Source: Rebecca billardiae RCC1528
Taxonomy: Eukaryota > Protista > Haptophyta
DNA: 64,000 bases
Assembly: GCA_965240325.2 (NCBI GenBank)
Contig: OZ251233.1
Location: 1,178,001 to 1,242,000, forward strand
Direction of reading: 5' to 3'
Shown here: in pieces, positions 11,891 to 21,616 of the stretch
Layout of the letters: every line of letters starts with the position of its first letter
How positions within the stretch are numbered: the stretch's first letter is position 1
Notes under the pieces: generated by a model
The model's input: only the letters and a program-made list of their open reading frames with translations
Told to the model about the DNA's origin: nothing
Database searches by the model: none
Translations under genes and position numbers: made by a program

Positions 11891-12827
11891 GCAGCACCGG
11901 ATGGTTGGTCCTGCACGCCTGAGCACAGTTATGCACCAACTGCTCTCCTGGATGCGTTGAGAGACCAGGGCTCACCATCCGTGATCCGTGCTCAGCCTCT
12001 CAGCCTCGCTGAGCAGAGCAGCACCTCACCCGCTCGCAGCTGCGGCGGTGCCGTCTCCGCTTGCTGTCCGACAGCAAGTAGAGGACAGCATGCCAGCACC
12101 AGTGGGCACCGCCGATGCGTGTTCGGTGCCTGTGAGTATTCGCCTTAGCTCGGCCGCCACTGCATGGTGGGCGATGATGAGGTGAGTGCCAGCACAGGTC
12201 ACGGCCGCGAGCAAGGGTGATGTGCACCGGTGTGGAGGCATGTACGAACGTACCGGTGGCCCCTGCTGCTTGCCGGCCTTGCCCCCTCCTTCTCGACCTT
12301 GGTTGCCTTCTCAACGCGCCGCTCCCACGCATGAGCTCTGCGACGCCGTCGGCCCTGCCCACCGGCGGCCCGCAGGCGGTGACGCCCCGCCTGGGCTGTG
12401 GACAGCTGCCCCATGCTGAGCCAAGTTGCAGCCGGCCGCAGTGCGTCCCCGTGCACACGCAAACTGGGCGATTCGGCCCAGTTTGCGATGGCACGGCCGC
12501 AGTGGGCGCGTGCCATCTGAAACTGAGGCTTTTCCCCAGTTTACTGACCCGCGAAGCCCCCCACTGTGCCATCGCAAACTGGGCCAAAAGCCCCAGTTTC
12601 AGCTGGCATCCGCCACTGCAGAGCGCCAGACCTTATTGCTCAGTGACTATGAAATGGACTGGCAACGAATAGCTGCGGGTATTTTTCAATACCAAGGGCC
12701 TTGAATAGACTCAGGGTGGTCAACCTCGAAACGATATGAGTCCTTGGTATAAGTGGGCCAGTCATTTAATTCGTCCTTTTGATGCCGCTTTTTATTCCCG
12801 CCGAGTCGTTAAATCATAGTAAATGAG

Positions 12828-12894
12828 TACAGTTTACTTTGAAGAAGAAGAGACGCACACAGCTCAGGCAGGCGAGATCGACGCCCGCCAACTG
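12828..12894 (+). repeat. Dispersed repeat core, copy 1 (copy 2 at 60028-60088)
   Basis: TACAGTTTACT..AAGAA(G/T)AAGAGACGCACACAGCTCAGGCAGGCGAGAT(C/T)GACGCCC..AACTG present at both loci, each in an AT-rich island. Confidence 0.9.
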
Positions 12895-13908
12895 TCACCG
12901 CCCATGAAGCCGTCACCGATGGTGGCGCCGCCGGGAAAATTCGTTCAGCCGTCCGCCTGCGAGGCCTGGATGAGGGCTGCGGCAGTGAATTTTACGCTCT
13001 GACAGCGATGGACAGCGACGAGGGCCACAGGCCGACTTCGTGGCGAACGATTACGGAATGCTGTAGTATTCTAAACTACTGCTAAGAAAATTATGCTAGC
13101 CAATTTAAGTCATAAGTGAACGGCAAGCCATTCATTGAACGCATTGAACGGACGGAGTCAGTACAGGCCAGCGCGGGCAATAATAAGAAGTCAGAGATCT
13201 CACGGCTAGTCTCGGTGTCTGCTTAGCCGTTCGGTAGCCCGAGCGCCCGTACGTCGGAGCCGTCTGTAGTGACTGTACGGGCGGCATCATCATACGTAGT
13301 AGTTCCGCGCGAGGCCTGGCACTACAGCTCCCGCCTCACTGACAGCTCCGTACGGAGTGCCGCCGTCCGATGACCGAGTCATTACTCACTGACTGTCTTA
13401 GCAGCTGTTAGCACGACTACCGAGCTATAGTCATCACTGACTCGGACTCAAACTGCTGTCAGCTGAGACTGAGCTGAGACTATATACTCAATACTGCTAG
13501 CTAGTAGTGCCCGCCGCGCAATGTGTGCACTGTGCGTGGCCGACATGCCGCGAGCCGAGTGCCGCCCGGACCCAGCCTAGCCAGGGGTCAGGCCGCCGCG
13601 TCAGTCTTTCAAATAGTAGGCACTAGGCATTGCGGGCGCCGCCACCAGTGCCGTGCCGCGTGCGGCGCGGCATGTGCTATCCGGTCCGAACACGTCACCG
13701 ACACGGCGGGCCTGTAAACGGTGCCGCTGACTAGTGACTGAGCGGAGTGTCGTCAGTCGGTGAGTTCGTTCGTTTGGGCCCGATGCAGCCGAATGGTTGC
13801 ACTCAATGGCGCCGCGGCGGCGCCGGGACAGCATGGTGACGAGCCGACGAGCCGCAGCCGCAAGGTCGCAGCGGGAGCAGGAGCTCGGTACGGTGGACTC
13901 GAGGCAAG

Positions 13909-14538
13909 TCACTGCATGAATTGCATGTCATCGCCTGGATCCCGGCGCAGCGCCATGAGCTCTTGGGCGTAGCGCACAAGATGATCGCCGAGGCCACCCT
14001 GGCACGCATCCTGGATCGAATCGTAGGCACTGCGCGCAGGAGGCTGCCATCCTGGCCCCCTGAACTGCCAGTGGCAGAGACGCCCGGTCGACGACCCTGG
14101 CACCAGCACCACGCCAAAACGGTTGCTGCAGCCAGGGTCGTCGACCGACGCACCACGAACGGTGTAGGAGCACAGATGGTGCTGGAGAGCGAGCGCATCC
14201 ATGAGGCACTCGTCATGCGTGAACCCAGCGGCTAGCCGGATCTGCATGATACGGGCAGATTTGCAACACGGCAAAGGAGCACACGGGCGTTCGGAGTAGG
14301 TGTCACCGCGAAGGAAGAGCGCATACTCGACGGCCTCGTCTGGACTGGCAGCGAGCGCGGCTGACAGCGTGATGGCGTCAAAGCCCCGGCGGCGATCACG
14401 ACCGCCAACACCGGCATCGTCGTCCGTGGCGTAGCCGCCGGAGGCCTCGGCGATTTCAAACGGGTAGATCGACCAAACCGAGCTCAGAACCGGAGTGTAC
14501 CGAGCTAAGCGGATGTACCATGGTACACTTTGGTACAT
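13909..14538 (-). pseudogene. Possible degenerate coding fragment, unknown function
   Basis: 209-aa frame with protein-like composition but no plausible ATG start (begins in the TGGTAC repeat) and no recognisable family. Confidence 0.25.
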
Positions 14539-14580
14539 AATTGGTACACTATTGGTACACTATTGGTACAAATGGTACCA
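14515..14580. promoter_or_regulatory. Helically phased TGGTAC minisatellite directly upstream of a start codon
   Basis: TGGTAC at 14521, 14531, 14542, 14553, 14564, 14573; further GTAC at 14497 and 14515. The repeat is certain, the regulatory role is inferred. Confidence 0.5.
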
Positions 14581-14598
14581 GTAAGTGCGGCAGCATGG

Positions 14599-16683
14599 AT
14601 GCCGGCCCCAACGACACAGCCGTGCATCATCTTCCTCGTCCTGGCTGCGCGAGCGGCTGGCATCCGCTCACCACCAGACCCTCACCCGCCTGAGCGTGTT
14701 CGCGCTGTGCGCGCGTACCTACGCGCCGTCTACCCCGCCGCGGAGCCCTCCCTCGAGCGCGCGAGCGACGCGCACGTCATCAGCCTGTTCGAGAGCCTCG
14801 ACTACTACTACGCATACGACCCGCAGCGGGGCGCCGAGATGGTGCCGCGCGCGGAGTTCACGTGGATCACGGCGTCGGATCATGCCGGCCGGCGGGTGCG
14901 CCGGCCGCCACCGCCTCTCCCGTACCTGCCAGCCGGTGCCTACTACGACGCTTCAGGCGGGCACGGCTGGGCGGACGTGCTCGAGAGCCGCGCCTCGGCG
15001 TCGTTCGACCGTTGGAGCCAGCCCGTCCGAGTGTATCGGCAGGCGCAGGAGCCGCCGCCTCGCCTGCACGCCTCCCTCCACGCGCGCCTCGGCCCTGCGC
15101 CATCGTGGACCTCCCCGCTTGCGGTCGTTCGGTACGTGCTGCACCCGGCGCGCGTGATCGAGCCCGTGCCTCCGACGCCGCCGGTCAGCTCGGAGGCGGG
15201 GCCGAGCGCGGCGAGGCTCGAGATGCGGCTGGACGCGCCCGCACTGCCACTCGCGCCGCTCGGCCTCGCGCCGGGCGCGCGCGGCCGCGCGGCCGAGGCG
15301 CTCTCGCGGCTGCGCGCGCTGCAGCACGGGTCTTGGCTCGAGGTCGAAGCGTTCGGCGGCGCGCGCTGGGCCAACTGCCCTCCGCACTGCGGCACGTGGG
15401 CGAACGTGTGGCGGGGCACGGGCGTGTTCATGCGCGTCTCCGCGCCGTTCGTCTCGCTCTCGCGCGCCACGGCCATCGTCGAGATGCTCGACGAGGCGGG
15501 CGCGCGTGCCTCGGCCGCCGCCGCCACCGCCCGCGCCGCCGAGCCCGCGCCCGGGCCCGGCGACGCGGCGGACGCGCCGGCTTCGCTGCACGCGCCAGTG
15601 AGCGCACCGAGCGTGCTCGATGCCCTCGCGCGCGGCCTGGGCGTGGAGTCGGACGTGCAGCTGGTGCTCGAGCGCTTCCCCGACGCGTCGCACGCGCGCG
15701 CGCTCGCCATGGTGCTCTTCGCGCCGCCGCACACCCGCGCGCCGCCTTGCGCGGTCGGCGCACCCCGAGCCACTGCGGCCAACGCGTCGACCGCAGCGCG
15801 CGCGCGCGGGCGCGCGTCCGGCCGAGCGCTCGCGCACGAGGCGTACGAAGGGTGCCGCTGGGCGGCGCAGGCGCACGCGCTCGAGCTGCACCCGGACCGC
15901 TTTGCTGAGCACGTCCTCCTGCGACGCCGGACGCAGGGCGAGGGCACGGCTGCGGTCGCCAGCCTTCGAGAGTTTGGCTGCTACTGGCTGCACAGCGTGT
16001 GCGGTCGGGGCACGCAGTACGCGCACAGGCCTCGGCGCAAGCGCGGCGCGGGCGGCGCGGCGGCGCGCTGGGTGCGCGCCTTCGACGCGGTGCTCGCCAC
16101 CCTCGCGTGCCTCCTCGGCGTGCACACCGTCATCCTGAGCGCATCCCCGAACGACAACGGCCTGCTGCACCAAGAGCTTGTCGATTTTGAGGTGCCGCTG
16201 GCACTCGGCGGGTGGGAGCCCATCGTGCCGTGCCGCGGCGGCGCGCCGCGCGGCGAGGCAGCCGCGTGCGCGGACGCGCGGCTGCACCCGCTCGAGCGCT
16301 GCGCCGTCCCCTTCGCCGGGGCCGACGGCGCGGGCCGGGCCGACGGGCATGCGCTCTACTCCTACTGGCAGCGCAGTGCCAAGTTTCGGCAGCTCGATCC
16401 GCTGGCGCCGCGGCCACCCGCGTGGCGGGGCGAGGCGCAGGGCCCCTCCGCGCCGCGTGCAGGCCTGCCGTGCTCGCTGTTTGGCGGCGAGTGGCTCCCG
16501 CCGGGCGGGGCCAGGGCGTGCAAGTCGCTCGTCGACTTGAGGCCGAGTGGCATGAGCGCCTGCTACGCGTGGTGCGAGGGCAGCATGTCGCAGGCGCACG
16601 CGAACATCTCGATCTCGGCGATCTACGACCCAGCGGGCGGTCACAATGCTGCCCCGCCGATGGGTCGCCTGCGGCGGGCGTGA
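14599..16683 (+). CDS. Hypothetical secreted protein (694 aa)
   Basis: Long ORF with GC3-biased codons, signal-peptide-like MPAPTTQPCIIFLVLAARAAG, globular Cys/Trp-containing blocks (CGTWANVWRGTGVFMRV; HTVILSASPNDNGLLHQELVDF). Confidence 0.75.
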   Translation: MPAPTTQPCIIFLVLAARAAGIRSPPDPHPPERVRAVRAYLRAVYPAAEPSLERASDAHVISLFESLDYYYAYDPQRGAEMVPRAEFTWITASDHAGRRVRRPPPPLPYLPAGAYYDASGGHGWADVLESRASASFDRWSQPVRVYRQAQEPPPRLHASLHARLGPAPSWTSPLAVVRYVLHPARVIEPVPPTPPVSSEAGPSAARLEMRLDAPALPLAPLGLAPGARGRAAEALSRLRALQHGSWLEVEAFGGARWANCPPHCGTWANVWRGTGVFMRVSAPFVSLSRATAIVEMLDEAGARASAAAATARAAEPAPGPGDAADAPASLHAPVSAPSVLDALARGLGVESDVQLVLERFPDASHARALAMVLFAPPHTRAPPCAVGAPRATAANASTAARARGRASGRALAHEAYEGCRWAAQAHALELHPDRFAEHVLLRRRTQGEGTAAVASLREFGCYWLHSVCGRGTQYAHRPRRKRGAGGAAARWVRAFDAVLATLACLLGVHTVILSASPNDNGLLHQELVDFEVPLALGGWEPIVPCRGGAPRGEAAACADARLHPLERCAVPFAGADGAGRADGHALYSYWQRSAKFRQLDPLAPRPPAWRGEAQGPSAPRAGLPCSLFGGEWLPPGGARACKSLVDLRPSGMSACYAWCEGSMSQAHANISISAIYDPAGGHNAAPPMGRLRRA

Positions 16684-16822
16684 CGCCCGCCACCGAACTT
16701 CTACTAGTCACCATCTTCTGACTTGCATGTGCATGATGCTATAGCTAGCCGCCTGTTAATCATTGTTATCGTGCGCAGTCTGTCGTCGCTGAGCCTCAGC
16801 CTGAGTCTGAGGCGGTCGGAGG

Positions 16823-18793
16823 TAGGTGGGTCCCTGGCGATTTTCCAGCGGTCTTTTTAACATTTACCGGGTTTTCTGGCCTGATTTCTTTTCGCGGGGC
16901 GCGGCTCGGGAAAATCGCCGGGCCGCCGCCGAGGTCCCGATCTGAACGCTCCCGACGATGTCGGAGCGCCTCTCCGAGCGCGACCGAGCCGCCGTGTGTC
17001 GGGTAGACCACAGCCAACACCTATCGCGCGCTCCAGCGCTTTGCGCGTGCTCACGGATGGGATCCCGGATCCGTGCTCACACATCCCCCGCCTGGCACGT
17101 GCCCGCATGTTTGACTCTCGCCCGGCTAGACGCGTACAGACAACTTGAATCGATCGGCGGGTGTTCGACCCGTGCCTTCGAGCAGGGCCACTTTTCGCTA
17201 CAGGCGGGTCAGGTGACGGGAGGCATGGGCCACCATCAGGCATGGGCATGCTCTTGACGCTCCCGCCATCTTGAGCAGCTCAACGCACCGTGAAGGTGAC
17301 ATTTGGGCTGTGCGCAAGCTGCTCGTGAGAACGCACGACAGCCAGCCCCGGGCTCTCGGGGAGCCATGTAAGCGATTGGCGACTTCCGAGAGGGCGTGTT
17401 TGGTGGGGGTTGGTACCAATCATCGACCAGCAGGCCTAGGATGGGTGCACTGAGGACTTGGGATGCTGAGAAGCCGCCGCGATGTGCGGCGAGCACGCCG
17501 ACTTGCCATCCGTGTGCACGATCCAGCGCCAGGAAGATCAGCAGGGCCTTTGACAGCGGCAGCAGGCGCTCAGCGATCCATCCCTATGCCGAGTGTGGGC
17601 ATAGTATGCGGTGCTCGAGGGTGGTCGCAGGATATGGGTCCATTCTTGACAGAACGCGGTCGCGTTGACAGGCGCGGGTGCCACCCCACGCTGTTGCTCC
17701 TGCCATTGGGTGGTCCCACTCGTTCCGCTTGTGGTCTGCGAAGACTCGTACTCAGCAACTCTACGGCTAGGCGTAGTAGACCCCTCAGACGCATGTCTGA
17801 TGATTGCCCGGCACGTTCTCGTCGTCACGTTGGGTGTACTTGAGCGAGCGGAAGCCGCAACGTGATGGCTAGGCCAGCAGCTCAACAATGACTCAACCAT
17901 CTGACGTCTCGCCGGCCAACTGGCTGAGTGCTCTCAGCCTAGCAGCAGCGTCGGTGAACCTATCGTATTGCTGCCTGGCGAGAAGATGGTAGGAGGCATC
18001 GTCGGCGGCATGGGCTGCAGCTGCGGTAGTCATGGACTGGTGGCGGCCTCACGCGGGTGGGCATACGACGACCGGTGACACGCGGAGTACGAGCACGGAA
18101 GCCGCCGAACGCGGCAAGCTCCGGCGGTGGCGTTGGCTGATAGTCCAGCCTCGACGGCGGAGGGCTCCCGTGTGACGACGGTGGCATGCTCGGTGGCGGG
18201 CGATGGTGTGTGCCTCGGCACGCAGCCCGCCACAAACACTGCCACTCGCAGGCAGTCCGCGGTTGCGGCCCGGGTTGCCTGTGTCCGCGTCGCTCGGCGT
18301 CTATTCGATGACCCAACAAACGTACCCACATATCGGAACGAATTTGAATATAAAGTGAACCGCATCCACGGTCAATATAAAGTGGGTAACACTCATACTA
18401 TATACGGGTAAGTGGCTATATATGAAGTGGGTAATATGCTCGATCTTGCTGTAGTTTGTTGGAGGTATCAGCGCACAGCATAGAGCCCCACTCTTTGCTT
18501 CATAAAATGGTTCGGTCGGGTGTCAACGGTTGTCAATAAGTGATTCCGATCGCATGTCGCCATCTAGCCACCATAACCATGAAGTAACGCTTCGCAAAAT
18601 CTCTATGTGACACTACTGGCGCGGCGCGCGCGCGCTCGGCCGTGCGACGGCACGCGGAGTAGGTTTTGAGGTCGAAACTTTTGCTCCGCCCCGATGGGAC
18701 GCATTTATAGCGTCGATTCTGGGTGAGAGACAAAATCTAGGACGTCATTCTGAGTGCGCCAGAATATCGCCCCAGTTGGGAGGGACCCACCTA
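16823..18793. mobile_element. Non-autonomous DNA transposon, 13-bp TIR, 7-bp TSD
   Basis: TAGGTGGGTCCCT (16823-16835) / AGGGACCCACCTA (18781-18793); TSD TCGGAGG at 16816-16822 and 18794-18800; subterminal GGCGAT(T/A)TTC match after a short indel; no intact ORF. Confidence 0.8.
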
Positions 18794-18839
18794 TCGGAGG
18801 TAACTTCCGATCCTCCTGACCACGGTGACAGTCTGCTTG

Positions 18840-19673
18840 TCACCATTGCTCTGGGACGAATCTGCAATCCGGCCAGTTCTGCGCGTCGAGCAGCGAGTCG
18901 CTAGCATCGCTTGCTCTTGGCTGCACCCGCGCCGCACGATCTGCTGCGGACGCCGAGTGGTTGCCTGTTGCAGGCGGGCGCTTGCTAGGGTGGTCATTCG
19001 CACGCGGGTCTGCAAGCGTGTTCATCTGCGCAACACGTTGAAAGCGGCAGCCGCGGTAGCCAATCCAGCGCGCCATGCGGTTGAAAGTGAAGGCCGAGAA
19101 GTCCTCCACGGCCAAGTCCAGCACGGCGTCGCGTGGCAATCGCTGCCGAATGCTCTCCAAGCGCTGGCGTGAGATTGCAATTCGGTCATGCGACCGCTTT
19201 TCATCATTGGCGTTGGGCCGCTTGTTGCCAAAGGTAGACTTCGCCTGCGCCCCCTCGTCGCGCCGATAGCTCACGATCAGCTTGGCGCGCGGGAACAGGG
19301 AGAAGAAGTCGGCGTGATCCGGGTAGCGGATCTCCTTGAAGCCGCGAATGACTGCCGGCTCGCCTGGCTCTGGGCGGATGCTTGCGTGCAGCATCGCGCA
19401 CGTTGCGCCCGCCACCTGGCGGCGGTCCGGACGCGTGAACCACGCGTAATTTGGGTGTGCAGGGTGCTGCAGTGCGTCGAACACGGCGTAGAAGGCGCCA
19501 CCATTCTCTCCGCTGAGATAAGCGCCCGGCAGCTCGTTCACCATGCGCAGGACGGTCGTGCTGCCCGTGCGGCCGCCAATCGAGAGGATGAAGAGCCAGA
19601 AGACGTCGTGGCAGTGCGACGCGCGCTGGGCATCGAGCAAAGAGGTCTTGTTGCGCCCCGCGGCGGCGGGCAT
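18840..19673 (-). CDS. Sulfotransferase family protein (P-loop fold)
   Basis: 5'-PSB loop LFILSIGGRTGSTT, then GEN, GFKEIR and LFPRAKLIVSYRRD (3'-PB region). Confidence 0.8.
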   Translation of the reverse strand: MPAAAGRNKTSLLDAQRASHCHDVFWLFILSIGGRTGSTTVLRMVNELPGAYLSGENGGAFYAVFDALQHPAHPNYAWFTRPDRRQVAGATCAMLHASIRPEPGEPAVIRGFKEIRYPDHADFFSLFPRAKLIVSYRRDEGAQAKSTFGNKRPNANDEKRSHDRIAISRQRLESIRQRLPRDAVLDLAVEDFSAFTFNRMARWIGYRGCRFQRVAQMNTLADPRANDHPSKRPPATGNHSASAADRAARVQPRASDASDSLLDAQNWPDCRFVPEQW

Positions 19674-19815
19674 GGGCGAGGCGCTTCGTCGGCGGTCGTC
19701 CGGGCGGGCAACGGACGAGCGAGGCGCCACCGCCAGCGTGCTACAAAAGCACTTTCCGTCTCCGCATTCAACCGATGCAGCAAATGCAGCATGGCTACCG
19801 GGTTCGGGCACACTG

Positions 19816-21027
19816 ATGTGCACTAACGGCCGGCTGTTCGCTCTCGTATGGCTCGCCGCGGGCGTGGTGCGCGACCTCGCTGGCGCGGCCTCGGCGGTGC
19901 AGGGGCCCTCAGCCTCCCCCACGGGCGAGCACGACGCTGCCCCGGCCGTGATGCACACCGATGCGGAGATCGAGTCCCTGGCGGAGGAGGTGGCGGAATT
20001 GGAAGCCCTTGATCGCAGGGCGCGCCATTGGCGAAGATTCGCCGACGAGATGCGCTGCGCTGGGCTGCAGGGCGCGGCCCGAGCGGCGTGCGCGCAGCAT
20101 GCGCGCATCACCCTCCTGCGCGAGCGTCGCGCGGAGCTTGCTGGCGTGGAGGAGCGGTACCGGCGCGAGCGAGCGCGCGCGGGCGCCGCGAGCTGTATGC
20201 GCAACGGCACGGGCCCCTCGGGGGGCTTCTGCTTCAACTCGAAGACCACCAAGTCGGAGGGCAACAACTTCTGCCTCTCCCGGCCCTACGCCACGGGCCT
20301 CGGCGAGCTCTTTGGCGCCGGCGTGCGCGTGCTCGACCTCGGGTGCGGCGTGGGCAGCTACGGCCGTTTTTTCAAAAAGCACTTTGGCGCCAGCATCACG
20401 TGGACGGGTCTCGACGGGAGCGAGCGCGTTGAGGAGCTCACACATGGGCGCGTGCGCTTCGCCGACCTGGCGGAAGGGCTGCCCATAGACGTACGCCGCG
20501 CGGCCTGGGACTGGGTCATGAGCATCGAGGTCGCCGAGCATGTGCCGCCGGCCCACGAGGCCAAGTTCGTGCACAACCTCGTGGCGCTGCGGCCCTCGCG
20601 TGGGCTTGTGCTCACCTGGGCGCGCGTCGGCCAGCCGGGCACCAACCACGTGAACTGCCAGCCCGACAGCTACGTGATCTGCGTCATGGCCAAGCTTGGC
20701 TATGCGGCCGACATGAACGCGACCGCGCACCTCCGCCGCCTCGGACGCCTCTCCGTCGACGACAAGGCCGCGCCCTGCAAGTGGCTCTCCTTCACCACTC
20801 TCGTCTTCCGCCCCGCGGGGGCCGCGGCCGCGTCGCAGCTGGGCGCAGGCCTCGTTCCCGTGCCCCGGACGGCCACGCCCGGTTGGGTGGCCGCCTACGA
20901 CGCTCTGATGACGCGCGAGTGCCCGCGCTATGATCCACGGTTCAGCTGCGTGAAGAAGCGCGAGTTGCCTGATGGCCGGATACACCAGCTCCTTCGCGAT
21001 GTCCAGGCTTCGCAATTGCAACCTTGA
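19816..21027 (+). CDS. Secretory-pathway class I SAM-dependent methyltransferase
   Basis: Signal/anchor LFALVWLAAGVV; VLDLGCGVGSYG, GLDGS, WVMSIEVAEHVP, LVLTWARVGQPGTNHVNCQ. Confidence 0.88.
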   Translation: MCTNGRLFALVWLAAGVVRDLAGAASAVQGPSASPTGEHDAAPAVMHTDAEIESLAEEVAELEALDRRARHWRRFADEMRCAGLQGAARAACAQHARITLLRERRAELAGVEERYRRERARAGAASCMRNGTGPSGGFCFNSKTTKSEGNNFCLSRPYATGLGELFGAGVRVLDLGCGVGSYGRFFKKHFGASITWTGLDGSERVEELTHGRVRFADLAEGLPIDVRRAAWDWVMSIEVAEHVPPAHEAKFVHNLVALRPSRGLVLTWARVGQPGTNHVNCQPDSYVICVMAKLGYAADMNATAHLRRLGRLSVDDKAAPCKWLSFTTLVFRPAGAAAASQLGAGLVPVPRTATPGWVAAYDALMTRECPRYDPRFSCVKKRELPDGRIHQLLRDVQASQLQP

Positions 21028-21616
21028 AGTTGTGAAGTCCTCTCGCAGCTCGTCTTCTACCATCTACGACAGCGCGTAACATCATGACGATAAGATCAGC
21101 AACTTCTGCGTCGCATCGAATAAGTTATAAGATCGATTCCGGAGTCTCATCGATTATTATTATTCTCATTTCCCGGCGGGCCGGACGGATCCGAGTCATA
21201 TTTATTGACACTGACTCAGAGTGATTCAGACAGCAGCCTGAGTGAGCTGGAGCAGCCTCAGTTTCAGTCGTCATTGACAATGACGACATTGTCTGGAGTG
21301 CTGCACTGGCGCACTTGCCAGCCGCGGCCGCGCGCTGTGGTGCCAGCCGACCAACAGGCAGGCTGAGGCTGCTGCCGAGCACAGAGCAGTTCGGGGTGCG
21401 GTGGCCGGCCGGCGGGCGGGCGGCGCAGCCCGCACCCGCCGCACCGAGTAAAGGTACGTCCGATTGAGCCCGATTCCGAAGCGCCGCGCGTTCGTTGCAC
21501 TGAGCACGATTCGCGTACGACTCCGTGCGCAGACCAGAGGCTGGCCGGCTGAGCTCATCTGTCTGGCCCCAGCGGGCGCACGGCGCGGGAAGTGCCTAGC
21601 AGAGACTCCGACCCGT

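Larger units (their letters stand above)
4845..12638. mobile_element. 7.8-kb foldback DNA transposon (Galileo/P-like architecture) with satellite-containing arms and 7-bp TSD
   Basis: Left end CAGCCAGGTTTGGCGCTCTGCAGTGG matches the reverse complement of the right end (CAATAAGGTCTGGCGCTCTGCAGTGG). About 820 bp of near-identical unique TIR (one 8-bp deletion near 12410) is followed by inverted 214-bp arrays. TSD CTCAGTG at 4838-4844 and 12639-12645. No transposase in the about 800-bp spacer. Confidence 0.9.

Noticed and set aside
5575-11978. Many 150-760 aa Ala/Arg/Pro-rich ORFs on both strands
   Set aside because: Translations of a stop-poor 214-bp GC satellite; the period is not a multiple of 3, so all frames cycle through the same peptides.
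17236-17900. Possible non-LTR retrotransposon remnant (TTLEHRILCP on the minus strand)
   Set aside because: No upstream CxxC, in-frame stop follows, no RT or endonuclease motif; too weak to call.
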